Assembly (NCBI GenBank): GCA_905178155.1
Contig: CAJINV010000007.1
Location: forward strand, 4,175,723 to 4,239,722
Length of the DNA stretch: 64,000 nucleotides
Reading direction: 5' to 3'
From: Amoebophrya sp. A120
Taxonomy: Eukaryota; Protista; Dinoflagellata
Positions 22,220 through 34,816 of the stretch are shown one piece after another. Positions within the stretch are counted from its first letter, which is position 1, and each line of letters starts with the position of its first letter. The translations under genes were made by a program, and so were the position numbers. The notes under the pieces are model-generated. The model was not told the origin of the DNA, did not search any database, and was given only the letters and a program-made list of their open reading frames with translations.

Positions 22220-25200
22220 ATGCCTGAGGAGTCCGCTTCGCACACTGCATCTTCAAGAACCCTGAGCGAAGCAATTCTGAAAACGGCAAGCAAGCAGAAC
22301 GCATCGACCAGCACGACCACGATGGCGCCGCTCCAAGAAGGACAACAGGGCGAAACGTCAGCCTTTTCCTCCCCCACGTCCACACCGGCACAACCGCCCC
22401 GCAGCAATGCTGGTGGCCGGACCCCAAGTAGTTCCTCAACCTCCCGCGCCGGCGCGGCACTTTTGCCCAACCCGTGGCGTGGACGCATGGTCCAGACACA
22501 GCACGACGGTAACAAGTGGGGACTGGTGGTTTTAGAAGATGAGGATAACGACACGCTGCACGTGCAAATTGGTTACGTGTCGCTCTGCTCCGCCCGAACT
22601 CCGCCGGCGTCGCCGAGTAGGAGGCCGAGCAAGGAAAACTCAAGGCGGTCGAGTAGATCCAGGGCGGGGTCGGCCGGCGGGGGGAATGGGACGCCGACTG
22701 CAGTGAGTAAAAGCAGTCGGAGACCGTCGGAGGTACTAGGTGCAAGAACCCGGTGAAGTTTGTGCCGGAACACTTTTTTTAATTTTCCTCGTGCCCTGGC
22801 GTGTCGTTTGGATTGCTACAACGTTGCCGCACCGACTCATACATAAACAATGTTGAACACCTACACAAACTCAAAGACTGATAGTGCGAAAATGTTTCTA
22901 AGTAGTCCGAGGAAAAAACACATCAAATCAGGACCAAACCGACACAATTTTCAACGAGCCCACGGCTGGTGAGAAAGAGGAAGTCGTTCTGGTCAGCAAG
23001 AAAAAGATACTCAATTCTTCCTACGCACCGCTCGGGGTTTGCCTCTACACGAAAGTCGGAATAGGTGTGCTAGTCGGTTTCCGGCCGGAAAACGACTGCC
23101 ACATACTGCGATTACCGCACAGCAGCACCACAGCTTACCTGCAACGGGACCAGTTGGTTGGGATAAGTCCCGCGTGTCCGGAACTTCCGGTGACAACGCC
23201 CTACGGGGTAGGCATCTGCGTGCGGAAATCGGAGAGTTATGACACGTATAGAAGAAGTCGGCTTTTGCTCTAGGACGAGCTGTAGCTGCGAATTTATTAA
23301 ATCGTTCCCTCTCCTTTGCAAAATTTCTTCCCCAGGAAGTTGAACTTCGAGATGGAGATCGTCTTCGTCAAGTTGTTCCACAAATGAAATAATGCCTAAA
23401 CGAACCTACAGATGGACCATAAAGCTGAATCACCACGAGCACGGCGGGACGGCGTACCTGAAGGCGGACAAGATCAACTGTGACGCACGCTTTGTCCCAC
23501 TGGTCGAGGCTGGAAAGCGGAAATGGAAGCGCAAACAGTGGAAGACCTACACGCTACTCGCGAAACTGCAAAAAGTCGCACAGGAGTCGGGCGTCATCGA
23601 AAAAATCACCACGGCGTATGAGGAATCCTCCGCCGAGTTCTCGTCCGTCTACGACACGGCCAAAAAAGCCTGGGACACCACCGTTGACGTCGTCGAGAAA
23701 GAGGTCGTGCTCCCGACGATAGGGGAGACTTTGACAGGTGGATCTCCTACTACTTCCCCAGGCAAAGACAGCGAAGTTGTAGACAAAAGCGCAGCAGCAC
23801 CGGACGGCAATGTCGACAACCAGGATCCGCTTGTCGCGTCCACATCCAAATCGCCCTCCCCCCCAGAGTCCGGAGAGGAAAACGCCTTCAAAACGCCGCC
23901 CATAGACGACAACGAGCTGCAGTCCGCCGAGGAGTCCTCGCCGGAAGAGAACGACGACGGTACCATTGTCGACGGCCAATTTGTATGCATTGCAAAAGTA
24001 TCGTCCTATTTCAAGTATCATGAAGCGCATTACAAATTTGCTCAACACGACAAATAGAATTTGTCGTGCTAAATTGCCTAAGTACCCTGATTTGTAATGC
24101 AAGTCTGGCATTTATACGACTGCGATACTCTTGCAGTCCATAATTTGCCGACGCGCAGCAGGGGGACGAGGAATTTGTCAAAGCGCAAAAGTACGTCGAG
24201 GAAGAGGCAGACCGGCTGAAAAAATTGGCGGAAACGAAGCTGGAGGAGCACGCGGACATTGTCCAGGAGGTGTACAGCCAGATCGACAAGTTGGAACACC
24301 AGAAGGAGAAAATGTTGGAGACCATGGCGGAATTTGGGGAAAAGGCAGCTTTGGAAATTGGGAAGGACGAAGACGTGAAGGAAGTGGTGAAATTAGTGGA
24401 ACAGGCGAAAGATGAAGCGGCGCAAGTATTTTTTAGCATGTAATTACGGATTTGTTATGCTTGCTGCGAGTGCGATGTCATCGATCGACAACCACGAACT
24501 GCAGGTGCAGGTGATAGGAACCGTGTTTCAACAGAGAAATCAAACGAATTTGCTTTTGCATGGTTCGCAAGATCATGCAAAAGTCCAAAAATCATGCCAC
24601 CCGCTACGAGAAGCGGACACAAATACCACGTAGGAATATAGTGCTCATGAAGAACCGCGAAAACAACATCCAAATCAGGTCCTCGCCTCCGAACTGGAGA
24701 AGGGCGCGAAGGTGTACGAGTCCTCCAAAATGGCCAACCTGGTCAACGAAACCTCGAAACGCCTCCAAGAAAAGCTCGACTATGCATTGCAAAAGTATCG
24801 TACTCGTATAAATGCGAGTCTAGCATTACAGATCTGCTTTCTTACCTGAATCTGCATGACAAATTTCACTTTTCTTCTATGAAAAATTTGTCATGCAATT
24901 CATACTAGTACGATACTTTTGTATTGCATATCGACAAGCTGTCTGCGATTTCCGGACAGAAGTTGGAAGAAATCTCCACCACGCCGGAAGCGAACCAGCA
25001 GGGCCAGCAGCTGAACAAGGGACTGCAGGTATCCTGTGTAAAAACGTCCCCACCCCAGAGTTGTCATGCAAATGCGCAATGACAGAAACGCTTGTAATGC
25101 GCATCTCCTTGAGAGGCATTTCCAGTCGTATTTTGGAATTCGTAATGCTGTAAACAGGATGAGCAAGTGGCTTTCTCATGCGGCTTTCCTTGCTAACCAG

Positions 25201-28200
25201 CACTACACTGCAGATAGAAACTTGTCATGCAGAAGTCCCAAAACTTGGAAATTTGTGTTGCAGGTTTCCCATCTTAGATCTGTGATGCTTCGGAACTAGC
25301 TAAACAGGATTACCACACTACGAGGACAAATTTGTCGTGCGAAACAATCAAAGCTGGTTGATTTGTCTAGCAGATTTCCCATCTTGACTAGGGGACTTGT
25401 CAGATTTTGATCCGTAGGGGGTTTTCGTAAAAGATCCGTAGGGGTTTTCGTAAAAGAAAGTCAAATAGAGGTAAGATTCGGTGGATAGGTAAGTGAGAGT
25501 CGGTTATTCGTGTTAGGCCGTAGAAGGTTGCCACGTCGTTAGCGCAAGGTTTTGACTAGGTATGAAAACAAATAGCAACAAAATAAAAGCCACAACAAAG
25601 ATACCAGCACCTCCCCGATGAAGGGGAGGTGTTTGCATAATGTGCCTTTCTCTCATTTCCAAAATCTTAGACTCTCTTTTTTTTCTGATTAGGGGGAAGT
25701 CCTTGCATGAGGTCCGAGTTAAGACACATATGCATAAGCTGTTCCAGGTCAAGGCAAAAGTCATGGATAAAAATGCAGAGGGAGCATAGGTGTTCTACTT
25801 GTATGACAGGTGATAGACCGCGTCTGCAGGTTTCGATTAACAAAAGACTCTGAATGCGTGGCACTAAGCCTTCATGCGGGTAACAACATCTGGAGAAGGA
25901 TTTACATTTATGGAAAAGACTTCAGCTGCATTTTTAGAAGTGAAAATATGTATGGGCATTGGCTTGGAAGAGCAAATATGTATGCAAAAGCTCCACGTGT
26001 GAAATTCAAGAAGTGTCTTAACAACTAGAGGACGAGACTTCGCTTGGATATTGGGGCAAAAAAGAGAAGCAAGCGCGGAAAAGGCAATGAAAAGAAAAGA
26101 GGCGCCAGGTACGAATGGGTCTGCGACCTCCTTGCTATCGTGTTGCCGCACCATAGCGAGGTAAGTGTCAGACTCACGGAGCTAGCCTGTTTATCGGAGC
26201 AGCAGACCAAGACTGAAGGGCTGGACGGGAAAGGTATTGACGTTTGAGCGCTCTGCGCCTGAAACGTCACACATAGCAACAGAGATCAAACGGGCGCCAC
26301 GATTACAAATTTCGCCGATGTTGCTATCTGGAGGCAAATCGCAGTCGCATCGCAACCCCGGGAGAAAATATCAAAGACAAAGATGAGAAAAGGGAAAGGC
26401 ACGCAACTAGGTGAAGCGCACTTTTGTGCATCTATTTCTCATCGAGTCCAGCAGAATGAGCCAAGGACACCGCCACCAATCCGTCAGCGGCCGCCCCAGG
26501 GTGGTAGGTGTCGACCAGACCGACGGCGATATATTCTGCTGGGTGTGGGATATAGATTGCCAAAAGAGGAGGGAAGTATGTCAAAATATGCATGAATTGA
26601 GTGTGACTCCCGGTAGGGAAGAGCACTAGTGAGCTTGAATTACCTCTAAGTATTTGAAACTACAGTTTGGCATGCAGAGGTAAGGCAAGCTTGCGCCACC
26701 GATCTATGGGAGGCCCGGATAATTATTGAAACTGGAAGTGAAGTTGTCATGCATGACTTTGTATTGACTTGTATGAAGAGCCTATGCACCGTGTAGGGCT
26801 AAGATTTGTATGAAAAAGAAATTTGTATGAACGCTTCCAGGTGCGATAATTTCTGGTAACATTCTAGCGGCAATAATAGTACCAGTCTGGGCCTCTGCAA
26901 GGAGGTAGGAAGACATACTCGAGGCAGGGCGCCAACCTCTTTGCGTGCTAGGGCCGAGGCCCCTTTTCCTTTTCTCCAAATTTTTTTTGCATGCGGGTAG
27001 CCGTGTATGTGTGTGATGCAAAAGAACAAAAGTTGTTCGCGCGTGGGAGCGCATTAGTAAGCACAACGGGTGGGTGCCGTTCTCACCGTAACACAAGCCC
27101 AGAACAAGAACAAGAACAAGCGAATCCCCTCCCGCAGGCAAAAAAAAAAAAGTTTCCCATCTTGAATATGGTGTGGGGACGTTTTTACGCAGGATAGCAG
27201 GACTTCATGGACCGGATTGCGCAGAAGAACGCGGTGTGGCAGGCCAAGGGCACGGCTTTGTTCGGTTCGGTACAACGACGGTACTTGGCCGGCCCGGACG
27301 GGTGGATCGCAAAGACGAGGAAAAAGTTACAACTCGTTTTAAAAGAGGACCAGCTCGGGCTGAAACAATGGGATTTTACCACCTACACGAACTCCTTCCA
27401 AAAACAGGCGAACGAATTGAACACCGAGGTAACAGAATCCGCTTTCGGAGAGCAGAAGGAACGGGCGAAATTCACCAAGAAAGCAGTGAATTCCGCGGCG
27501 GAGCAGCTGGTGGCGATCGCGAAGCCAGACGAATCCGCAGCGGAGCTGTTAGCGAAATTGGACCGAATGCGGGGAATGGATATGCTAGAAGCGATAGATC
27601 TGCAGGGTAGAAAGATGAATGTTGTGGCTTTTATGCCATTATGGTGCTCCTACAGCACCAGGACGATCGTTGTGCCTTTTGATGTTTGCTATTGATTAAT
27701 CAATGAATGAGGCCTGCGCTACTTCCGCTTGCGAAAAGCTTTGTTTTAACAATCCAGCGTGTGAACAAAAAAAAAGGTATCCTCGACAAGGCCGGCATCC
27801 ACGTTCCTTCGTATGTGGCCACCTACTTCCAGGAAGACAACACCCCAGCGAGCACAACTTCTCAAAACGACGACGATTTCAAGTTCGACGTGTCCACGCT
27901 TACCAACGCCAAGGGGGAAAAAGTCCTCCAGAAGGTGCTCGACGACCAAAATCTTGTCGGAAAGGCGCAGGAAATGGTCGGGCACGTGGAGGGGGTGCTA
28001 GATAAAGTATCCGACCTGGCGCAGAACAAGACGGTGCAATCCTTGCTCCAAAATGTGATCGGAACTAGCAACCAAACGGAGCAGCAGATCGCCACGTATG
28101 GCACAGACATGGGGGAAACGTTGATGCAGAAACTGGAGACGATCGACGTCGACGAGGCGCTGGAAATGACAGAGAAGACGTTAGCGGATCTGCAAGACCC

Positions 28201-30623
28201 AGTCAAGCGCGCACAGATGGTTGACAATTTGGTCGATTCTGCGGTGGACGGGTTGATGTCGCTTTTGCCAAAAATTCACATCGACAACATGGAAGGGCAA
28301 AGTCACGACTTCAGCTATCTGGTCGGAAATATCGACCTGGGCGGTTTCAAACTGCGCAAGGAGTGCGTCAACGTGAAGATAAACTTTGAGACCGCCACGA
28401 CGGAAAATTTGCAGGAAGGGTAAGTTTGTATACATTTCACCTGGCTGCAGCACTCTATTTGTGTTTTACGAAGATTTTTCGTCTGCAAGGTCGTGGTGCG
28501 AGCTAATATGTCTCCTGTGAAGATGCAAAGCAACCTCATCGTTATTGTGCAAGTAGTACGAGACTCTTACACAGTACTAGACCGACTTTATTTATTACGT
28601 ATCCAGGTTCGAGCTGGTTTCCCTGCACGCGTGGAACATGTCCTGCATCCTGGAAAAGGTGCACTTCAGCTTCGAGCAGCAGAATTTTCCCTACCTCAAT
28701 GGCGAGGGGATCGCGAAGTGCTTTGCCTCGGACATTTCCCTTCGCCTCGGCTTTTCCGTCCGCTGGAAGAATGGGGCGCCGCAATTATACATGAGCCGAA
28801 GGATGGTCGTATCCAGGAAAAAACACCCATCCCCATCCCTTTTCTGCATGACAAACACTGCAACTCATGCATGTTTTGCATGACAACTTGGATGGGACTC
28901 GGTGTTTTTTCCTGGATAAGTCGACATCGACTTCTTGACCATGGAAATCGAGGAGTCTTGGTTTTCCGCTCTGTACAATGTTCTGATTTCCGCGTTTTCC
29001 AACTTGATTCGCAACTACGTCAACGACAAGATCGAGGACCAGATCGACCAAAATGTCGGGCTGCTGACCGGGTCTTTGGACACACTACTCACCTACGACG
29101 CAGTGAAACCCTGGCTCGCAAGTCTAGCGCCAAGGGACAAGGACGGGAAGATTCTCCCCGAAGTGATACCCGTCAACGACCCGAGTAAAGAGGGTGCGGC
29201 CGACAAAAACCGGCTCCCGCTATCCAGCGAGCGGCGCGCGCTCGCCGAGGCGAAGAAGAAGGAGCAGGAGGAGTTACGGAAGAAGCAGAAGAAACTCGGG
29301 TCGCCGAAACAAGGCGCGTTGTCGCCCTCGAGAAAGATCGACCCCAACGCCTACTACCAGTTCAAACCGGAGGGCAGAACGGTCGGGTTCAGCGCAGGAA
29401 GTGGTGCCAACAATTCAGGGCCGAATTTTTCAGGTCAGCAGCAAGCGCAAGAGCGGCGGTCCGAGCAGGAGTCGCTTTCGGATTTAGCGTCCGCCCTGGC
29501 GCAGATGACCGTGATGCGCTCGATGCTAAAGTCGTTGAAAACGGGAAAACCGGTGACAAAAGGGCAAGTGCAACAGGTTCTGTTCTCCGCTCTGTTCGCG
29601 GTGGAGGACGAAGCGGTAAAGCAGTGTTTGTCGGAAATCCACGAAATGCTAACCAGGGTGAACAACAAAACTAGTAGTTCGTCGTCGAAACAGCCTAGTG
29701 CTTCTTCCACTTCCGGAAGTAGTACCACCGCCGACGGAGCTTCATCCAAAGACGCAGCTGGCGGCGGTCTGTTCGGGCGTGTGGGCGGGTTTGTGAAATC
29801 CGCTGTTTCCACCGCAAGCGCGGCAGTTACCTCCGCTTCTTCCCCCCAGCCGCAGAACGCCACTGCTGCGAGCATGCAGGAGGTGATCTCTGGGGATGAG
29901 AGGAAACAGCTGATTTTCGCGCTTGGTTTGGCGCTTTCCTTACCCAAGTTTCAGCAGCCGACTTTGCAGGTGCGGGAAATGAACAAGAAATGTTTAAGAA
30001 ACCGGAAGGAACAGGACCCGAACAAGTTGATTCCTCTGTCCGAACTCCGGGAGTTGACGATTTTGTGGTCGGATATCCAGGAAAAAACACCCATCCCCAT
30101 CCGATTTGTCATGCAAAACATGCATAAAGTCCACTATTTGTCATGCAAAAAATGGATGGGGATGGGTGTTTTTTCCTCGATATCGGATTTCAACCGGAAG
30201 ATGATGGAAGATCTGAACGCGCTGAAGGAGAAGGCGACGGAGGAAGTGGACCTGATTGTCGTGAAATCCGCGAAGTTCAAAACCGTTGTCGGGAACTTGA
30301 ACATCTGTCAAGACGCATTGCTGAAAATCAAGATGGACCTCACTAAATCCAGCCAGTTGCGGGACAGAAGACAGTTAGAAACGATCATTTTGCACTTATT
30401 GGATGCGATCCGGTGTCACACCGACGGGTCGGATTTGTTGCACGAGCTGACCGACGAACGGCAGCGGCAGAGGAGGAGCCGGGGAAGGACCGGGTCTGCA
30501 GGTAGCCAGTCCAGCATGACGAGTCAGGCATCCACACCCGCGGGAGGCGGCAGCCCGGTCGTGGGTGGTATGGGAGGAAAAGACCACCATATGCTTCCTG
30601 GGGCTGCCGGGGGAAAGAAGTGA
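22220..30623 (+). CDS. Large multi-exon protein with coiled coils and a putative BPI/HAM1-like (TULIP) region
   Basis: Exons join in frame across five introners; VHFSFEQQNFPYLNGEGIA...IEESWFSALYNVLISAFSNLIRNYVNDKIEDQI resembles tubular lipid-binding domains (recall only); 5' exon structure uncertain. Confidence 0.6.
23984..24142. mobile_element. Introner/MITE family D
   Basis: TATGCATTGCAAAAGTATCG / CGATACTCTTGCAGTCCATA; perfect TSD ATTTG; removal gives DGQFA-DAQQ. Confidence 0.92.
24781..24930. mobile_element. Introner/MITE family D
   Basis: TATGCATTGCAAAAGTATCGTACTCGTAT / ATACTAGTACGATACTTTTGTATTGCATA; perfect TSD TCGAC; removal gives EKLD-KLSA. Confidence 0.93.
25030..27196. mobile_element. 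Introner family C expanded to 2.17 kb by a nested insertion
   Basis: TATCCTGTGTAAAAACGTCCCCAC / GTGGGGACGTTTTTACGCAGGATA; perfect TSD GCAGG giving GT...AG borders; removal gives GLQD-FMDRIAQ. Confidence 0.9.
25391..27152 (+). mobile_element. Poly(A)-tailed retroposed insert (non-LTR element remnant or retrocopy) with 16-bp TSD
   Basis: TTTCCCATCTTGACTA (25375-25390) repeated as TTTCCCATCTTGAATA (27153-27168); A12 run at 27140-27151; absent from the sister element 54198-54535; no long ORF. Confidence 0.75.
28810..28918. mobile_element. Introner/MITE family E (109 bp)
   Basis: TATCCAGGAAAAAACACC / GGTGTTTTTTCCTGGATA; TSD GGTCG/AGTCG; removal gives RRMVD-IDFLTMEI. Confidence 0.92.
30074..30182. 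mobile_element. Introner/MITE family E (109 bp, opposite orientation)
   Basis: TATCCAGGAAAAAACACCCATCCCCATCC / GGATGGGGATGGGTGTTTTTTCCTCGATA; perfect TSD TCGGA; interior is the reverse complement of that in 28810-28918. Confidence 0.92.
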
Positions 30624-31574
30624 AGCCTTGGTTTTTGTTGTTTTCGGGGCGGAGCGATGTCGTGAAGCAGATTTTGATCCTCGCGGCTCTAATGAGATAC
30701 CGAGCTGATGTCTGCCATGGTGAAATTTTGATTTTCGAAGAAAAGACTAAAATGATCATGAGTAAGTAGAGCTTCATCTTCTGAAGACTCCTACGCGCTT
30801 TAAGCTTCTCCCACTGTTTGGTGTCGAAAAAGACTACGACCTCCAATCGTGTTAGTTTGAAATCGGCGCATTTTGATTTCTTTTCACACGATGGAGAAAA
30901 AAGAAAAAACTACTCGAGCGCAAGAAGCGTAAGCGACGTAACAGCACCATCACAGCCCGGGCACCTAGGGCTAGGCGTAGCATCGCTGGACATCATGAAC
31001 ATGTCAAGCCAGCGCTTACTAGGCTTCTCATGCGTCAAAGATGACTGATCAACATGTCCTAGTCCTCCTTGTGTGGTCTATCGAGCTTACTTGCTTTGCT
31101 GCTTTGTCTTCTCGCGCTTGCCCATGTCGTGTAATAGATTATCGTACTAGACAAGATTCTCAACGGTCCGCGCTCAGTTGTCGTACGAACTTGCAGATGT
31201 CGTCCGAAATCGTACCACAGAATGCATTGTCCATTGATTTCTTCTTCAGTCGTACACTTCATCGTGCGCCGTCGCGATGCATGCGAGTCCTCACTTGTAT
31301 CGGACCCGAAGTTTCGGAGGTTCTTCACGCTGAAGTTCCTCAACAAGTCTCCTCATTTTGAGTAGGAGTCTCGCGTGAAATACGCGAACACTGTAAACCG
31401 TAAGGAGAAGCACCTCCACAGAACTTTTCCCCCTCTCTCTTCAGTGACAACAGTTAAGTTTGTGCTACTTCACTACTTTCCTGCTGACAAAGTTTAACTT
31501 CTACTTTTTGATATCGCTAGTACCGCCGTAGAGTGCATCAGTGTAGTTCCTGCCCTTTCCTCCTCCTCCAGAAG

Positions 31575-34082
31575 ATGAAAACGTTGCCGATTACAACACA
31601 CTCTATCTTTTCTTGTACCATTTTTCTTTTCATTGATCCACGTCCTGTATGTGGCATACAATCTGCATCATCAAGTGCTGAACAAGATGACAACACTAGC
31701 AGTACTTTAACGCGGAGAACGCCATTTTTGGAAGAAGGAATTCAGCAGCTCAACCTTGCGACATCTGCTGAAGCGCTACAACTACCCGGTCGGAAAAAAA
31801 GTGCCCCTAGTATTTTCCGGGACCGCCCCGCTGTTCAACTTTTTGAACAAAGAAGCGACGAGGCACAGCAGGAGGTGGCTTCTTCCGCTATTGAAAAGCA
31901 CCAGGCGCGCCGTTGCGACGAACTCACTCCTGCAACATCGCGAAAGAATTCTGATACCGCGGAGAAACTTGTCAAGTCTTTCGGCAGCGGAAATGGGGGA
32001 GCATCTCCCACCGCCGGCCAAGGAGAAACTGCGAGCAAAGGAGCTAGTAGCGCAGCAGGAGGGCTACCCGTTCCCACTTGGGTATCGAGTAGCGACGAGG
32101 ATATTCCGGGTACGACTTCGGAAGAATTAGCTGGAGCGTCGACTACAAGTGGTTCCGTCAAGAACCCCGATGAAAAACAAAAACCGCAACAACCTGGAGG
32201 GCAAGTGAAACAACAACTTCTAGTCCGCCCGCCGACCGCTCCCGAGGACACGTCACTTTGCCTGTCCCCAGACGTGGACTTCTGCGTACAACCTAAACCG
32301 CCGAACGGCTGGACGGACTACAGGGACGACGGATGGAAACGGGCGGACTTCGTTCGGGAGTCTTTACACTGGAAAGTGTTTGTCGATGAACAGCCATCCT
32401 TCGTATTCGAGACCGTCCCGCGCGGCGGGAAGGGGAAAATTCAACAGCCCTGGGACTGGCACCTGTTTAACCAGTTCGACACGGGGAAATATGACGATGG
32501 GATTGATGATTTCGTGAAACAGCAGACCATGGCATACACGCAGATCGTTTACAAGAACACGATCAAGGTGAAACTCACGCCCAGGGATGAAAATTCTGGC
32601 GTGGATTTGAAGAAGTGGTTCAACAGTTGCAATGTCAAACCGGTTTTCAATAACGAGGACATTGTTGTCAACACGGATAAAGTGCTTGACGAAAATTTTA
32701 TCGAGCTTTTGATCCCTTTCGACAAGGCCAATCCCAAGATCCGGCAGCTCTCCATCGAATTCGACGATAGCGAGTCACAACTCGTTTTCCAAGCCGACGA
32801 TGGCGCTATCGTCGGCCGGGAGCCGAAACACGTCCTGTTTCTCTTCGTCTCCCCGCCGCTGGAGCGGGAGAAAGATCCTTTTTCCATCTACGAAGAGAAC
32901 GAAATTCTCGTGATGCAACCCGGCCCGATCAGTTTGGACAACTACAAGTCCGCAAAGAAAGTTCTCTATTTTCCCCCGGGTGTCTACTGGATGGACACAA
33001 ACCAGAAGGGGGAACCTGGAAAACGCGGCGAAAACCACATGACGCTGACGGAATCCCAAGCCTGGGTGCACTTCGCGCACGGGGCTTACGTGAAGTCTGC
33101 AGTCCACTGGCAGTATGACGAGGAGAACGGGACCTACGCGGCGACGGGGTACGGGGTGTTGGTCGGCTCTGACTACGTGTACCAGGCGAATCACGCCGGC
33201 GACAGATCCTACGACGGTGAGAAGTCGGACGGCACGTCCCTTCGCATGTGGAAGAGCTGGCACGGATCCCCCGGGCAGACGTTTATCCTCCACGGGGTGA
33301 CCATGACCGACCCGCCGTTTAATTCCCACGACATGTACAACCAGCCGAAGATTTTCGCCACAGACTACAAGCAAATCGGCGGCTGGTTCTACCAATCCGA
33401 CGGACTCACTCTGTACCCAGGCAGTGTATTCAAGGATTCCCTGGTTCACGCGAATGACGACGGGCTGAAAACCTACCACTCGGACATTCAGTACGAGCGG
33501 ATCTCTGTGTGGAAAGGCCCGAACGACCCGGTGTTTCAGATGGGCTGGGCGCCGAAAAACCTGAAGAATGTGTACGCGAAAGACATCACGATTCTGCATA
33601 CGAGATTTAAGTCTGGTGGGCAAACAGCACTCCCTTCGGCGATCATCGGAGCGTCGTACCCTTACATGAACGACTGGAGGTTCGAAACGAACAACGAGAT
33701 CAGAAGATGGAAGCTGTCCGGCCTCTATTGCGACGACATTTGCCCGGCGCTAGTTCATATCTACACGCCCATGCAGCACTACCGGGAGTTTGTGATTGAA
33801 AACGTCATCTACCGGAAGGGAGGCTACAGCTCCGGGGACTTGGGGCTAGACCGAGTCACGGCCTGGCGGGACTGGGACATCGGGAATTTCGACGGCGAGA
33901 AGAACAATAAGATTACCGTTTGGAACGGAAAGCGAGATGTTAAGCAAGTAGTGGACTTTCAGTTCAGGATCTCAAACGTGAAAGATGGAAACGGGATTCA
34001 GATGGTTGGAGATAATGGCGATGGATTCGGGTGGTGGATCGGGTACCCGGGACAGTTGCAACCAGCCGGGTATCCATTGTGA
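31575..34082 (+). CDS. Glycoside hydrolase family 49 (dextranase/isopullulanase-like), intronless, possibly secreted
   Basis: LYFPPGVYWM, WVHFAHGAYVKSAV, ATGYGVLVGSDYVYQAN, SLRMW, GVTMTDPPFNS, DYKQIGGWFYQSDG, HANDDGLKTYHS, VWKGPNDPVFQMGW match GH49 motifs including the catalytic Asp residues. Confidence 0.88.
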   Translation: MKTLPITTHSIFSCTIFLFIDPRPVCGIQSASSSAEQDDNTSSTLTRRTPFLEEGIQQLNLATSAEALQLPGRKKSAPSIFRDRPAVQLFEQRSDEAQQEVASSAIEKHQARRCDELTPATSRKNSDTAEKLVKSFGSGNGGASPTAGQGETASKGASSAAGGLPVPTWVSSSDEDIPGTTSEELAGASTTSGSVKNPDEKQKPQQPGGQVKQQLLVRPPTAPEDTSLCLSPDVDFCVQPKPPNGWTDYRDDGWKRADFVRESLHWKVFVDEQPSFVFETVPRGGKGKIQQPWDWHLFNQFDTGKYDDGIDDFVKQQTMAYTQIVYKNTIKVKLTPRDENSGVDLKKWFNSCNVKPVFNNEDIVVNTDKVLDENFIELLIPFDKANPKIRQLSIEFDDSESQLVFQADDGAIVGREPKHVLFLFVSPPLEREKDPFSIYEENEILVMQPGPISLDNYKSAKKVLYFPPGVYWMDTNQKGEPGKRGENHMTLTESQAWVHFAHGAYVKSAVHWQYDEENGTYAATGYGVLVGSDYVYQANHAGDRSYDGEKSDGTSLRMWKSWHGSPGQTFILHGVTMTDPPFNSHDMYNQPKIFATDYKQIGGWFYQSDGLTLYPGSVFKDSLVHANDDGLKTYHSDIQYERISVWKGPNDPVFQMGWAPKNLKNVYAKDITILHTRFKSGGQTALPSAIIGASYPYMNDWRFETNNEIRRWKLSGLYCDDICPALVHIYTPMQHYREFVIENVIYRKGGYSSGDLGLDRVTAWRDWDIGNFDGEKNNKITVWNGKRDVKQVVDFQFRISNVKDGNGIQMVGDNGDGFGWWIGYPGQLQPAGYPL

Positions 34083-34816
34083 ACAAGTCATTATACCAAT
34101 TTTAGCCGTGTCATATATGAGTACTACTCATCGATGAAGGATGAGGAAAGAAAGAAAGAATCCCGGTCGGAATTGATCGAGAAAGGATGAGGATCCTGGT
34201 TGGTATAAATGAGTACTACTCATCCCGTAGCAGTTCCTTCGTTTAGTTGAATTGAATAGCAGTTGCAAGACAGAGCAAAGGGCGAACTGGAACTCACAGC
34301 TTGTTTTACCTGTCGTGCTCGATTGGTTCTTTATCTGAAACAGAAAAACGAAAAGAAATGGAACCACGCCGAGCTGCCGCTGCGGATTCACATCCAGGAA
34401 GTTGTAGGTGAAGCAGCCTGGGCCTGAAAAATAGGCGATTAGAACTAGTGCCATTGACTATGACTGGGACTATCGTCTTATTTCTTTGAAGTTGTTCCTG
34501 GCGTTTTTCTTTCTTTGCAGCAGGCTTCGGCCCCATACCCATCGTAACTTTAGTCTCCAGGTGTAGTTGAGTCGTGTGAAGAGAGAAAACAGAACAAAAT
34601 AGAGAGCATCGCAAAGTAGATTCCAAAGTGCCAAGAGGGTTTTTGCGCGTTGCGCTGGGACTCTGAAAGGACGAGAGAAGCTGCATCTGCAAAAATAAGC
34701 AAAGGAGTCTAAGTACCGAAAAAGAATTTTTTTCTTCTTACCGTTTCCAAAGAAAGTGACCACTATCACTAAGCGTGAGAACCATAACCAAATTATTGTA
34801 GCAAAAAAATCAAATT

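Noticed and set aside
25030-27196. Long family C copy as the autonomous transposase-encoding introner
   Set aside because: The extra DNA has its own 16-bp TSD and poly(A) tail and no long ORF
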